A stretch of DNA of 64,000 bases from Candidatus Eiseniibacteriota bacterium (GCA_963762255.1 CAVXKA010000003.1:800001-864000), one strand, 5' to 3'. Counted from the first letter of the stretch, positions 10,770-21,850 are shown. Notes: a model not told the origin generated them from the letters alone. Program-made: numbers and translations.

Positions 10770-12163
10770 GGGAGCCTCCTTGCCACAAATTGCGGCGCGC
10801 CGTCGTCGACCGCGTTCGCGGCGATGACATCGCGATACCAGAATGCACTGTCCTTCGGAAACCGCCGTCGGGTGTCGAAATCGACGCCGTACAGCCCGAA
10901 GCGCTTCGTGTAGCCGTGTCCCCACTCGAAGTTGTCGAGGAGCGACCAGACGAAGTAGCCGGCCAGCGGGACGCCGTCCACGATGGCGCGGTGCGCGGCC
11001 GCGAGATGGCGCGCGCAGGTACTCGATCCGTCGCTCGTCGTGAACTCCGCCGTCGGCGCCGGGAGCGTCGGCGAAGGCGGCCCCGTTCTCGGTGATGTAG
11101 ATCTTCTCCGGCCGGTACTCGCAGCCGAGCCGAACCAGAAGCTCGCGCAGGCCGGGGGGGAAGACCTCCCAGCCCATGTCGGTGAGTTCTTCCTCGGGGA
11201 CCACGGGCACTGCAACCGGTTCGCCGTCGGCATCCGCCCGCACCACGATGCGGCTGTAGTAGTTGACGCCGAGGAAGTCGAGGGGCGCCGCGATGCATCC
11301 GAGGTCTTCCGGGTGGACGAAGGGAAGATCGGGCCCCGGCAGGTGGCCTCGGCGCACCCGGTCCGGCGACCGCGTCCTCCGGGTAGTGACCGCGGAAGAG
11401 CGGATCGAGGTACCAGCGATTGAAGGAGCCGTCGAGCCGGCGCGCGGCGTCGCGGTCGGCCGGATCCGCGGAGACGGGGTGCACGGGAACAAGGTTGAGC
11501 ACGATGCCGACCTTGGCCCCTGGCACGTTCATGCGGATGACCTCGGCGGCCCATCCGTGCGAGAGCAGCAGGTGGTGGGCGACGCGCAGCGCCTCGACAG
11601 GCGTCCCGATGGCCGGGTGCGTGCTCGCCCTCCTCGTGGCCCAGAGTGCGATGCACCAGGGCTCGTTGTGGGTGACCCAGTGCACGCACGCGGTCGCCGA
11701 GCCGCGCGATGACAGCCTCGTGCGTACTCCACGAAGGCGGCGGCGGTATCGCGCGCGGCCCAGCCCCCCGCGTCCTGGAGCGTCTGCGGCAGGTCCCAGT
11801 GGTAGAGGGTCACGAAGGGTCGGATGCCGGCTTCGAGCAGCGCGTCGACGAGCGCGTCGTAGAAGTCGAGCCCCGCGGCGTTCACTGCACCGCGACCGGT
11901 GGGCATGACGCGCGGCCAGGCGATGGAGAAGCGATAGGCGTCCACCCCGAGCCGGCGCAGGAGCTCGACGTCCTCCGCGCCAGCGGTGGTAGTGGTCGCA
12001 GGCTATCGACGCGTTGGAGCCGTCGGAGATGTGGCCGGGTTCCGCCGCATAGCGGTCCCAGATCGACTCGCCGCGTCCGCCCTTCCCGGACTCCGCCCTC
12101 GATCTGCTGCGCGGAGGTGGCGACGCCCCAGAGAAACCCGTCGGGAAATGCACACACGGTCAT
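10766..12163 (-). CDS. GH1 beta-glucosidase (frameshifted)
   Basis: [49 protein letters not shown] (acid/base), LGVNYY, ITENG (nucleophile) and WSLLDNFEW, spread over several frames. Confidence 0.92.
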
Positions 12164-12169
12164 CTCGGT

Positions 12170-13204
12170 TCAGCTTCCCAACGCCCGCGGGCTTTGCGGG
12201 TAGAGGTGGCATCGCACCAGGCGGCCGTCGAACGGCCTTGGCGCTGGTTCCTCCGACAGACAGACCTCGCGGACCTCGGGGCAGCGGGCAGCAAAGGGGC
12301 AACCCCTGCCTGTCTCTCTTGCAACCGGGGTGCCGGCCCTTCGGACGGAACCGGCCGACGATTGTGTGACCTCCTCGGCGGGCTCGACCACCGAGGCGTC
12401 CGCGATGGCGGCTAGAAGCGCGCGTGTGTACGGGTGGGCCGGGGAGTTCACCACCGCATCGCTCAGCCCGTCCTCCACCACGCGTCCGCGGAAGAGCACG
12501 AGAATCCGATCCGCCAGATAGCGGGCCGAGGCAAGGTCGTGCGTGATCAGGAGGATGGCGAGGCCGCGTTCGCGCTTGAGCGAGGCGAGGAGGTTGAGCA
12601 GTCCCATGCGAATCGACACGTCGAGCATGGAGGTGGGCTCGTCCGCCACGAGGAGATCGGGGTCGGCGGCCAGGGCGCGGGCGATAGCGACCCGCTGTCG
12701 CTGTCCTCCGGAGAGTTCGTAGGGGTGGCGGTCGATGAAATCCTCGGCCGGCTCCAGACCGACCACGCGAAGCAGTTCGATCGCCCTGGCCCGTGCGTCG
12801 TGGACTGTGCACCGCCGGTGGCGCAGGAGCGGGCGTATCAAGTGGTGCGCGACGTCGTGCACCGGACTCAGGGATCCGAACGGATCCTGAAAGATCATCT
12901 GGACCCGACCACGATAGCCTAGGGAGGCCCCTCGAGGCTCCCTCGCCAGGACGTCCTCCCCATCCAGCAGAACCTCTCCACCGTCGGGAGTCTCCAGACG
13001 CAGCACAAGACGGGCGACGGTGCTCTTGCCGCTTCCCGACTCCCCCACCAGGGCCACCGCCTCGCCACGGTCGATCCGGAACGCGACATCCTCCGCGGCC
13101 ACCACCCGACGGCTCACGGACAGGAACCCCCGGGAAGTGAAGGCCTTACGAAGACCGCGCACCTCGAAGAGCGGGCGGCTTGGCGCTTCGGGTTGACCTA
13201 CCAC
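12170..13204 (-). CDS. ABC ATPase (OppF/DppF type)
   Basis: GESGSGKST, IFQDPF, LSGGQRQR, ADEPTSMLD, HPYT and GCPFAARC...C...CHL. GGAGG precedes the GTG at 13204. Confidence 0.92.
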   Translation of the reverse strand: MVGQPEAPSRPLFEVRGLRKAFTSRGFLSVSRRVVAAEDVAFRIDRGEAVALVGESGSGKSTVARLVLRLETPDGGEVLLDGEDVLAREPRGASLGYRGRVQMIFQDPFGSLSPVHDVAHHLIRPLLRHRRCTVHDARARAIELLRVVGLEPAEDFIDRHPYELSGGQRQRVAIARALAADPDLLVADEPTSMLDVSIRMGLLNLLASLKRERGLAILLITHDLASARYLADRILVLFRGRVVEDGLSDAVVNSPAHPYTRALLAAIADASVVEPAEEVTQSSAGSVRRAGTPVARETGRGCPFAARCPEVREVCLSEEPAPRPFDGRLVRCHLYPQSPRALGS

Positions 13205-13229
13205 CTGACCTCCCACAGCCTGAAGAAAT

Positions 13230-13254
13230 ACTTTGTTTGACTACCGAACATAGT
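13230..13254. promoter_or_regulatory. Predicted ROK operator 1 (ACTTTGTTTG-ACTAC-CGAACATAGT), overlapping a + strand promoter TTGTTT-N17-TATCCT
   Basis: Imperfect 25-bp palindrome that recurs at 20676 and 23815. Lies between the divergent oppF-like and GH17 genes. Confidence 0.75.
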
Positions 13255-13366
13255 GTATCCTTGCCGTTGTCTTGTCAAGGGCTGACTCGACGAGCCTCCT
13301 CCGGCCCGTGCGGTATGGTGCCCCAACTCGGACCTCGGCCGGAACCCCGGTCGCTGCCGGTGTTTC

Positions 13367-14446
13367 ATGATGACTCTTATGCAATTGCGCCTCTCGTTCT
13401 CCCTCCTCATGGCGGTCATCGTCATTCCCGGCTGCGGACGAATCGCCCGAGGACCTCGTGAGACTGCGAGTCCGAGCCACTCCTCCGCCCTCCTCAGACA
13501 GGAACCTTTCGAGAGGCGCGCACTGCCCACGACCATCGGGGATCGCTGGATCGGGAACGGCATTGCCTATGGCCCCCATCGCGACGGGCAACTCCCCGGG
13601 GGACCGTCTCCGAGCCGCGACGAGTTGGGAGAAGATCTTCGCCTCATGTCCCGCCACTGGAGTCTGCTCCGGCTCTACGGAGCGGCCGGACCTACCGAGA
13701 CGATTCTCGATCTCATCCGGGAGGAACGGGTCGACATGAAGGTCATGCTCGGGGTCTGGATCGAGCCCGAAGCAGCCCTCGCAGACAGCGGAACAGCGGC
13801 CGTGGAATCGCCCACCGCCCGCGCGGCCAACCGGCTTGAGATCGAGACCGCGATCCGATTGGCCGGCAAGTATCCCGAGATCGTCATCGCCGTGTGTGTG
13901 GGAAACGAGACCCAAGTCTCCTGGTCGTCTCACCGAGTGCCGCCGGACCTCCTGATCGACTACGTGCGCGAAGCTAGAGCCCAGACGTCGGTGCCGGTCT
14001 CCACCGCCGACGACTTCAACTACTGGAACAAGCCGGCAAGCGACGCCGTGGCGAGGGAGATCGATTTCATCGTCACCCATGCCCACCCTCTCTGGAACGG
14101 CATCCAGCTCGAGAACGCGCTGGAGTGGACACGGAGCACCGTTGCGCAGATCCAGGCCGCACACCCGGGCGAAGCCATCGTCCTCGGCGAGACCGGATGG
14201 GCGACTCGCAGGCACACCGAAGGGGAGCAAGCCACGCTGATGAAGGGTGCGCTGGGCGAAGCCGAGCAGGCGCAGTTCTACGCCGCCGCCCGGCAGTGGG
14301 TCGACGAAGCGAGAATGCCCATGTTCTTCTTCGAGGCCTTCGACGAGAACTGGAAGGGCGGAGATCACCCTGACGAAGTAGAGAAACACTGGGGACTCTT
14401 CCGGGCCGATCGGACTCCCAAGATGGCCCTGGTCCGGGAGAAGTAG
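13367..14446 (+). CDS. GH17 beta-1,3-glucanase/glucosidase, probable lipoprotein
   Basis: IAYGPHRDGQ, LRLYG, AVCVGNE (acid/base), VSTADDF, LGETGW (nucleophile), FEAFDENWK and EKHWGLF. Signal peptide ends IIPGC-like (VIPGC). Confidence 0.88.
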   Translation: MMTLMQLRLSFSLLMAVIVIPGCGRIARGPRETASPSHSSALLRQEPFERRALPTTIGDRWIGNGIAYGPHRDGQLPGGPSPSRDELGEDLRLMSRHWSLLRLYGAAGPTETILDLIREERVDMKVMLGVWIEPEAALADSGTAAVESPTARAANRLEIETAIRLAGKYPEIVIAVCVGNETQVSWSSHRVPPDLLIDYVREARAQTSVPVSTADDFNYWNKPASDAVAREIDFIVTHAHPLWNGIQLENALEWTRSTVAQIQAAHPGEAIVLGETGWATRRHTEGEQATLMKGALGEAEQAQFYAAARQWVDEARMPMFFFEAFDENWKGGDHPDEVEKHWGLFRADRTPKMALVREK

Positions 14447-14450
14447 AACC

Positions 14451-17400
14451 ATGGCGAGCCATGACTCGGTCCGTCCCACTCCCCTGACGGAATCGGAGAC
14501 TCCGCGCTCCCCCACACCGCACTCTGCCCTGCGCGGGGGTGAGCCGACCACCGGGTTCGTTGCAACGGAGGGAGGGGTTTACTATCGGATCGTGGGCTTC
14601 GACCGCATGCCCCCGTTCCTCATGAGCCTGGCCAGCGACACCGATCTCTGGATGTTCGTGACCTCCGGAGGGGGGCTGACCGCGGGACGAGTCGACGCAG
14701 ACGGGAGCATCTTCCCGTATGAGACGGTCGACAAGCTGCACGACGCGCATCATCAATCCGGACCCGTCACGCTCATGCGGGTTTGCCGCCCGGGCCGGTC
14801 CGAGATCCTGTGGAGGCCGTTCTCGGAGCGCGCCGGGAGCGATCCGGGGAATCGAGCGCAATCTACTCAAGAACACCATCGGCAACTCGACTCGTCTTCG
14901 AGGAAGTGAACGCGGATCTCGAGCTCGTGTTCCGGTATCGCTGGGCGGCCAGCGACGAGTTCGGGTGGGTGCGAACGGCGACGATCGAGAACCGAGGTTC
15001 CACCGCGGTTTCCATCGTGCTGCTCGACGGGTTGCGAAACGTGCTTCCCTGGGGCGCGCCGCTGGCGCTCTACCAGCAGCTCCAGTTCCCTTGTCGACGC
15101 CTACCGGCGGGCCGACTGCGACCCCGAGACCGGATTGGCGATCTTCTCCCTCACCGCGATGATCACCGATCGAGCGGAGGCGGCCGAGGTGCTGCGGGCG
15201 AACACCGTCTGGTGCCACGGGCTTCGCGACTTCACCGTCGCGCTCTCGTCCGAAGCGGTGTCCGCATTCCGCTCGGCGACCGCCCGATCCCTCGCGAGGA
15301 CAAGCTGACCGGACGCCGGGGGAATTACCTCGTCACGTCATCATTCGAACTGGCGGCGGGCGGCCGGATCGACTGGCACATCGCCGCCGATGTCGGCCGG
15401 GATCATGTCCAGGTCGCCGCTCTGCGCGCACCGCCTCCGCCGGGACAGCGGTCTGGACCGGGCCGTCCGCAGCGGTCTGCGCGCCGCCGACGAGAACCTG
15501 ACGCGAATCGTGGCAAGCGCCGACGGCCTCCAGCTCACAGACCACCGGGAAGCCACCGTCCACCACTTCGCCAATGTGCTGTTCAACACCATGCGCGGCG
15601 GAGTATTCGACGGCAACTACGATCTTCCCTCGGTCGATTTTGCCGACTTCATTCGGACGCGCAACCGCGCCGCGGCCACGCGACAGAAGAAGCTTCTCGA
15701 CTCACTCCCCGGCAGGATCCCGATCGGCGATCTCGTCCTCACCGCCGAACGGTCGGGGGATGCGGATTTCCAACGCCTGACCTATGAGTATCTTCCTCTC
15801 TGGTTCGGTCGCCGCCACGGCGATCCGAGCCGTCCCTGGAACCGATTCACGATACGGGTCAGAGACCACGACGGCGACCGCACGCTGCGTTACGAGGGCA
15901 ACTGGCGCGACATCTTCCAGAACTGGGAGGCTCTGAGCCAGAGCTTCCCGGAGTTCCTGCCGAGCATCGTCGCCAAGTTCGTGAACGCGTCCACGGTGGA
16001 CGGATTCAATCCCTACCGGGTCACTCGAGACGGTATCGACTGGGAAACCGTCGACCCCCGCGACCCCTGGAGCCACATCGGCTACTGGGGAGACCACCAG
16101 ATCGTGTATCTGCTCAGGTTCCTCGAGACCCTGCGACGCTTCTCCCCGGGTACCCTGGGGGCGCTGCTCGACCGTGAGATCTTCTCGCTACGCGGATGTC
16201 CCCTATCGCCTCAAGCCCTACGAGGAGATTCTGGCCGACCCCCGTGCGACGATCCTCTATGACGTCGATCTCGCCGCACGCGTCGAGGCGCGCACGCAAG
16301 CGGTGGGCACCGACGGAAAGCTCGTTATTGGACCCGACGGAAGGGTCTACCACGTCACCCTGCTGGAGAAACTTCTGGTCCCCGCCCTCTCAAAGCTCTC
16401 GAATCTCGTCCCGGACGGCGGGATCTGGATGAACACCCAGCGACCCGAGTGGAACGACGCCAACAACGCGCTGGTCGGCAACGGCGTTTCGGTGGTCACG
16501 CTCTGCCACCTGCGCGGGTATCTGACCTTTCTACAGGGGCTGCTGGGGGGAACCGGACCGCGATCGGTGTCGGTGTCGGCCGAGGTGATCACGTGGTTCC
16601 GACGGCTCCACAGGATCTACGCTGAGCACCGTCCCCGGCTAACGTCAGAGGCCGTGAGCGACATCGAGCGCAAGCGATTGCTCGACGCGTCGGGCCTGGC
16701 ATTTTCCGAGTATCGCGCTGCGGTCTATTCGCAGGGCTTCTCAGGAAAGGGGCTCCTGCCAACCACGGATGTCGTCGAGTTCTGCCGAATCGCCCTCGTC
16801 GCCGTCGATCACGCCATTCTCGCCAACCGCCGCGAGGACGGGCTCTACCACGCGTACAACCTCCTGGAAGTTCGCCCGGATCGAGATGACGCCACGATTC
16901 GGCCCCTCTATGAGATGTTGGAGGGGCAGGTGGCCGCGTTGAGTTCCGGCCTCGTGGATCCTCCGGAGGCGGTCGGGTTGATCTCCGCCCTCTTCCAGAG
17001 TCGCCTCTACGAAGCGGGTCAGCGGAGTTTCCTTCTCTACCCGGAGAGAACGCTCCCGGGCTTCATCGATCGAAACGTGGTCCCGGACGACGGCGTACGA
17101 CGCATCCCACTCCTCACCGAGCTGATCGAGGCAGGAGACACTTCCATCCTCGCTCGGGATGTTCTTGGCACGAATCGCTTCTGCGGCGATCTCCGAAATG
17201 CCGGCGACCTGAGCGCGGCACTGGATCGTCTTGGCACACGGACCGAGTGGCGAGAGGCGGTGACGAGGGACCGGAACGCGGTCCTGGATCTCTTCGAGGA
17301 GGTCTTCAATCACCGCGCGTTCACCGGCCGGTCGGGCACCATGTACGGCTACGAGGGGCTGGGCTGCATCTACTGGCACATGGTCGCGAAGCTGCTGCTG

Positions 17401-17982
17401 GCGGTACAGGAGGCTGCGCTCCGGGCCGCGCGGGAAGACCGGCCCGCGTCAGTCCGGGAAGCGCTCGGAAAGGCCTACTACCGGATCCGAGCCGGGCTCG
17501 GCTTCGAGAAGACGGCGGAAGAGTACGGCGCCTTCCCGACCGACCCGTACTCCCATACACCGGCCCATGCCGGAGCCCAGCAACCCGGCATGACCGGTCA
17601 GGTGAAGGAAGAGATCCTCACCCGCTTCGGCGAGCTGGGCATCCACGTCGAGGACGGAGTCCTGAGCTTCCAGCCCGTGCTCCTGCGGAAGGCCGAGTTC
17701 CTGCGGGAGCCCGCCCACTTCCGGTTCTTCGATCTCGATGGATCGCCGGATTCGATTGACGTGCCGGCAGGGAGCCTGGCGTTCAGTTTCTGCCAGGTGC
17801 CGGTGATCTACCACCTGACCTCCGGCGAGTCGTGGATCCGAATCGTCGGCGCCGACAACACGGGCACCGCTATCTCCGGAGACACCCTCGATTCGGAAAC
17901 CAGCAAGAGCATCTTCGGCCGAAGAGGCGCGGTGAAGCGGATCGAAGTCGGCGTACCGGAGGCCTCGCTAGCGCGGTACTGA
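14451..17982 (+). CDS. GH149 beta-1,3-glucan phosphorylase (several frameshifts between about 14850 and 16190)
   Basis: WMFVTSGGGLTAGR, PLWFGRRHGDPSRPWN, YEGNWRDIFQNWEAL, GYWGDHQIVYL, GIWMNTQRPEWNDANNALVG, YEGLGCIYWHMVAKL, FPTDPYSHTP and QPGMTGQVKE. Confidence 0.85.
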
Positions 17983-17984
17983 CC

Positions 17985-19586
17985 CTACCGCATCCGCACG
18001 GCGCGCCGCGTTTCGAGTACGTCGCCGACCCAAAGGCGAACCAGGTACACCCCGGAGGCCACCTCGCCGCCGGCCTCGTCACGCCCGTCCCAGGCCACTT
18101 CGTGCTCCCCCGCGGGCACCAGTCCGTCGACCAGCGTACGGACCAAACGCCCGGCAACATCGCAGACGGCAAGCACCACCGGTCCGCTTGTTTCCAGCGT
18201 GAATCCGATCAAGGTACGGGGACTGAAGGGGTTGGGGCTCGCCGCGCGGAGATGAGGCACCGAAACAACCGGCGGATCCTCGGGGGGGACGGCGACCGCG
18301 CCTCCTTCGGGAACGAAACGAAAGCCGTCGAGCACGACTTCCTGATCCACGGCCGGCGGGCCGTTGAACTGCCAGAGATTGAGGTGCACGCGCGGCTGAT
18401 CGGGGCGAGGAATGTGGGGGCCAGCGTACGTCCACGAGTAGATCATGGCGGCCGGCGACTCGTCGTCGGGTCCACCTCGCCAACTGCGGAATTCAACGCG
18501 ATCGTGGAGCCACCGGAATGCATGGCTGGTCAACTCGCCGTCGCTGAACGTCGCCGGAAATCGGACCAGGTTACCGGGGTAGTCGTACGGCTGCGCAACG
18601 AACTGGGCCGGATCTTGCCCTGCATTCCCCCACCGGCTGAACTCGATGTCGATTTCGTTGTAGGGGTTCCACCACATGGTGAGCGGGTCGTAGCAGGGAC
18701 CGTACTCCCAGACGAAAATCCCGAGGACGGCCTTGGGGTCCAGCGTATCCAGGCGACCCACGGTGGTGAAAACGTAGTCCCCGTAGCCGAGCGCCTGATC
18801 GAGAACCACCTCGGTGCTGTACCACGAGCCGCTGATCTTCTTGATCGTGAGATGGAGACGTCCGTTCGTGTCCACCCAGGTGCAGGTCGAGGTGTCGCAA
18901 AAGAGGCTCGGGCCAGGTCCGTAGTATCCGGGGCCCTTCACGCGCCAGGTCCGCCCGCTGAAAGCGAGGGTGTTGCCACCGGGGAAGTCCGACCATTGAA
19001 GAGCGTCCAGCGACGGAGTGCCCAGACGGACGAACGTTGCCTGGTCATAGAAGACGTCGGGAGAGGGATCGGTGGGCGCCTGAAGCACACCGAGCAGGAT
19101 CCGAACGGATGCGGTCCCGGTGGGCGCCGGCTGGCTCTCCACCGAGAATGCCTGCACCGAATCGGGCATAGTACCGGCGTCGGCCACGGTGTGGGACTCG
19201 TAGGTGATGAGGTTGCCGCTGCTGTCGCGCCACTCGATATTCAGAATCGCCCGCGACTGCCCAACGAGCGGCTTCATCGCACTGTGCCAACCCCTGACGG
19301 ACGCCGCCCACCTGACACCCGGCGCAGCATCCAGGCTTTGCCAATAGGCCGAGACATCCCAGCCACCCAGGCTCGGTCCGGAGACGCGCGCGGAAACCGC
19401 GCCGTGGGTTGCGTTCGGGGAGGAACCGACGGAGCCGAACTGACTCCATCCGCCGAACGTGGCACCCGCCGATCCCGGCAACTCGAAACTCGGATTGGCC
19501 AGCATGCACTGGCCGTACGCGCGCCCCGCGCCGGTCGCGATGAGCAAGACGAGCGCGGCTAAGACGATCATCCTGGTGCGGAACAT
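17985..19586 (-). CDS. Secreted CBM-like domain plus atypical GH16 (EIDIE) plus FlgD-Ig/T9SS-like C-terminal domain
   Basis: Signal MFRTRMIVLAALVLLIATGAGRAYG, LANPSFE CBM-like start, catalytic NEIDIEFSRWG, and C-terminal PNPFSPRT...WDGRD...ASGVY. Confidence 0.75.
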   Translation of the reverse strand: MFRTRMIVLAALVLLIATGAGRAYGQCMLANPSFELPGSAGATFGGWSQFGSVGSSPNATHGAVSARVSGPSLGGWDVSAYWQSLDAAPGVRWAASVRGWHSAMKPLVGQSRAILNIEWRDSSGNLITYESHTVADAGTMPDSVQAFSVESQPAPTGTASVRILLGVLQAPTDPSPDVFYDQATFVRLGTPSLDALQWSDFPGGNTLAFSGRTWRVKGPGYYGPGPSLFCDTSTCTWVDTNGRLHLTIKKISGSWYSTEVVLDQALGYGDYVFTTVGRLDTLDPKAVLGIFVWEYGPCYDPLTMWWNPYNEIDIEFSRWGNAGQDPAQFVAQPYDYPGNLVRFPATFSDGELTSHAFRWLHDRVEFRSWRGGPDDESPAAMIYSWTYAGPHIPRPDQPRVHLNLWQFNGPPAVDQEVVLDGFRFVPEGGAVAVPPEDPPVVSVPHLRAASPNPFSPRTLIGFTLETSGPVVLAVCDVAGRLVRTLVDGLVPAGEHEVAWDGRDEAGGEVASGVYLVRLWVGDVLETRRAVRMR

Positions 19587-19677
19587 TCGGGGCTCCATGG
19601 TGACGGGCCTAGGCGGGTCAGCCACAGCGATAGGTAGCTGCGCAACGCGTTCAAACCTTTGTGATTTTATCACTTGC

Positions 19678-20619
19678 TCACCAAGGCAAGGGGTGAGAAC
19701 CCTGGTCGGTGAAGTCATCCCAGAACGCCTCCAGCCGCTCCCGCTCGCCGAGCGTGACCCGATGGCCCTCGGCTTGGAGATTGACCTGAAGCTGGCCGCT
19801 TGACCGAACGCCGGGGATCACACAACTCACCTCATCGTAGGCGAGCAAGTAGGCGATCGCCTTACACGCCAGTTCCGAGCCGTCGGCGGTGAGCCAGCCC
19901 AGACGGGCCACAAGCTCGGCCCTCCGGGCAGTATCATCCGGCGTCCAGCGGGCCCGGATTCCTGTGAATCGACTCGCTGAGTCCAGGCGCCCGGTGAGCC
20001 AGCCACTGTCCAGGGGAACCTTGACGATCGTGCCCACACCACTGTCCCGAACCAGAGGAAAAGCGCGTCGGACGTCCTGGTGGAGGATGTTGAAGAAAAT
20101 CTCCAGCACCTCGCTCCGCGTGTTCCGCAGACACGCTTCGATTTCGCGCGCGGAGTCGAGGCTCACACCGTAGTGGCGGACCTTGCCCTGCTCGCGCGAC
20201 TTCTCCATCGCTCGCCAGAGAGGGTCGACTCCTTCGTACATGGCCGGGTCGGGGTTGTGCAGGAGAAGAAGGTCCAGGTAGTCGGTGCGCAACCGACGCA
20301 GGCTTTGTTCCAGGCTTTCCCAGAACCACGCGACCGAGAAATCCTTGCTGCCCTCGGGCCGGTGGCCGAACTTGCTCACCAGCACGACCTCGTTACGGCG
20401 GCCGGCGAGGGCCTCGCCGAGAATGCGCTCGCTCTCCCCGCAGGCGTAATTGGGAGCGGTGTCGAAGAGAGAGATGCCGCCTTCGAGCGCCTCGTGGATC
20501 AGACGGTGGGCGGTGCGGGCGTCCATCCCGCCCCAGTCATCAGTGTTGCCCAGTTGCCAACCACCGAGGCCAACTTCGGAGACTTCAAGGCCCGTGTTTC
20601 CGAGCATTCTTCGGCGCAC
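19678..20619 (-). CDS. Aldo/keto reductase
   Basis: LGNTGLEVSEVGLGGW, FDTAPNY, SKFG, SLRRLRTDYLDLLLLH and VIPG. GGAGG precedes the GTG at 20619. Confidence 0.9.
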   Translation of the reverse strand: MRRRMLGNTGLEVSEVGLGGWQLGNTDDWGGMDARTAHRLIHEALEGGISLFDTAPNYACGESERILGEALAGRRNEVVLVSKFGHRPEGSKDFSVAWFWESLEQSLRRLRTDYLDLLLLHNPDPAMYEGVDPLWRAMEKSREQGKVRHYGVSLDSAREIEACLRNTRSEVLEIFFNILHQDVRRAFPLVRDSGVGTIVKVPLDSGWLTGRLDSASRFTGIRARWTPDDTARRAELVARLGWLTADGSELACKAIAYLLAYDEVSCVIPGVRSSGQLQVNLQAEGHRVTLGERERLEAFWDDFTDQGSHPLPW

Positions 20620-20675
20620 AGGCGTCAACCCTCCAATGGAGCGGAGCATACCCGCAGCCGCCCCCCGAAAAAAAG

Positions 20676-20700
20676 GCTTTGTTTGGTACTCGAACAAAGT
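20676..20700. promoter_or_regulatory. Predicted ROK operator 2 (GCTTTGTTTG-GTACT-CGAACAAAGT), overlapping TTGTTT-N17-TATGCT
   Basis: Near-perfect palindrome between divergent genes. Matches operators 1 and 3. Confidence 0.78.
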
Positions 20701-20824
20701 GTATGCTAGTGCCTGCGGTTACGAGACGGATGTCTCTTCCAGGCAGTGGAGCGCCAGAGGCGCAGTACGCTCAGTCCGAGCGCTCGGCCGACGCGGGAGA
20801 TTCACTCTTCGGGAGGTGACTACA

Positions 20825-21799
20825 ATGCTCAATCGGGCTGCTGTTGTGTTCATGGCTGCGATGTTCATGTGCGCGGTTCCCGTGGTGGGTCTGGCCATTA
20901 CTCCCTACAGCCAGGACTTCGAGGGCCTGACCCAGTCGGACCCGAGCGCGCTGGGGAATGACGGCTGGCTGGTCTACGGGAATGTCTTCTCTCCGTCCAT
21001 GGCGTATCTCTATGGATACGGTCCCTATCCTGCGCCCAATCATTCGCTGGCGTTCAGCAGAATTGCCCTCGCAGAGGGAGGCACCGAACAGGGTGCCCAA
21101 CAGCTCACGGTCTTCAACGACTACGAAAACGCCGGTCACGCCGTCGGCAACTTCATCGAGTCGAACGTCTACCGGGAATGGACCATCGCGGCGGCGGACA
21201 CCGGGAAGATGTGGTTCTTCGACTTCCAGGCCAAGCTCGGCAACATCGGAGGTGTCTCCACCGCGGCGGCCTTCATCAAGACGCTGGATCCGAGCAACGG
21301 CTGGGCGCTCACCCATTTCGTCACGTCGGACATGACGTCGATTCCCGCGACGTGGGGCGGCTACTCGGTGCACTTGTACGTCGATGCCAGCCTCGTGGGC
21401 CAGATCTTCCAGATCGGGTTCATGAATACCGCGACGAATTACGAGGGATCGGGCATCTTCTACGACAACATCAGTCTCCACAGCCTGGACGCGACCGGCA
21501 TTTCCGATGCCCCCATGTTCGTGGGCGCGACGCTGCAAAAGAACTTCCCGAATCCGTTCAGCCCCCGCACCCGGATCGGATTCACGATGGAAGCGCCGGG
21601 GCACGCGGAACTGGCCGTCTTCGACCTGGCCGGGCGCAGGGTCGCCACATTGCGCGAGGGTGAATTCGCGGAAGGCACGTTTGAGACGGCCTGGGACGGC
21701 AGGACCAACACCGGGATGCCCGCAGCTGCAGGGCAGTACTGGTACGTGCTGAGCACAACCAACGGTCGGATCGCCCGGCCCATGACGCTGTTGAAGTAG
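20825..21799 (+). CDS. Secreted jelly-roll-like protein with FlgD-Ig/T9SS-like C-terminal domain
   Basis: GGAGG RBS, signal peptide, YSQDFE...YDNISL domain, and PNPFSPRTRIGF...FDLAGRRV...WDGRT tail. Confidence 0.8.
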   Translation: MLNRAAVVFMAAMFMCAVPVVGLAITPYSQDFEGLTQSDPSALGNDGWLVYGNVFSPSMAYLYGYGPYPAPNHSLAFSRIALAEGGTEQGAQQLTVFNDYENAGHAVGNFIESNVYREWTIAAADTGKMWFFDFQAKLGNIGGVSTAAAFIKTLDPSNGWALTHFVTSDMTSIPATWGGYSVHLYVDASLVGQIFQIGFMNTATNYEGSGIFYDNISLHSLDATGISDAPMFVGATLQKNFPNPFSPRTRIGFTMEAPGHAELAVFDLAGRRVATLREGEFAEGTFETAWDGRTNTGMPAAAGQYWYVLSTTNGRIARPMTLLK

Positions 21800-21850
21800 G
21801 GCGTCTCCGCCCCGGGACGAGGGAACCGCTCCTCAGGGGAATCTTGAAGC

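Noticed and set aside
19660-19674. TGTGATTTTATCACT as a CRP site
   Set aside because: The spacer is 5 rather than 6 nt, there is only one copy, and it does not match the ROK motif.
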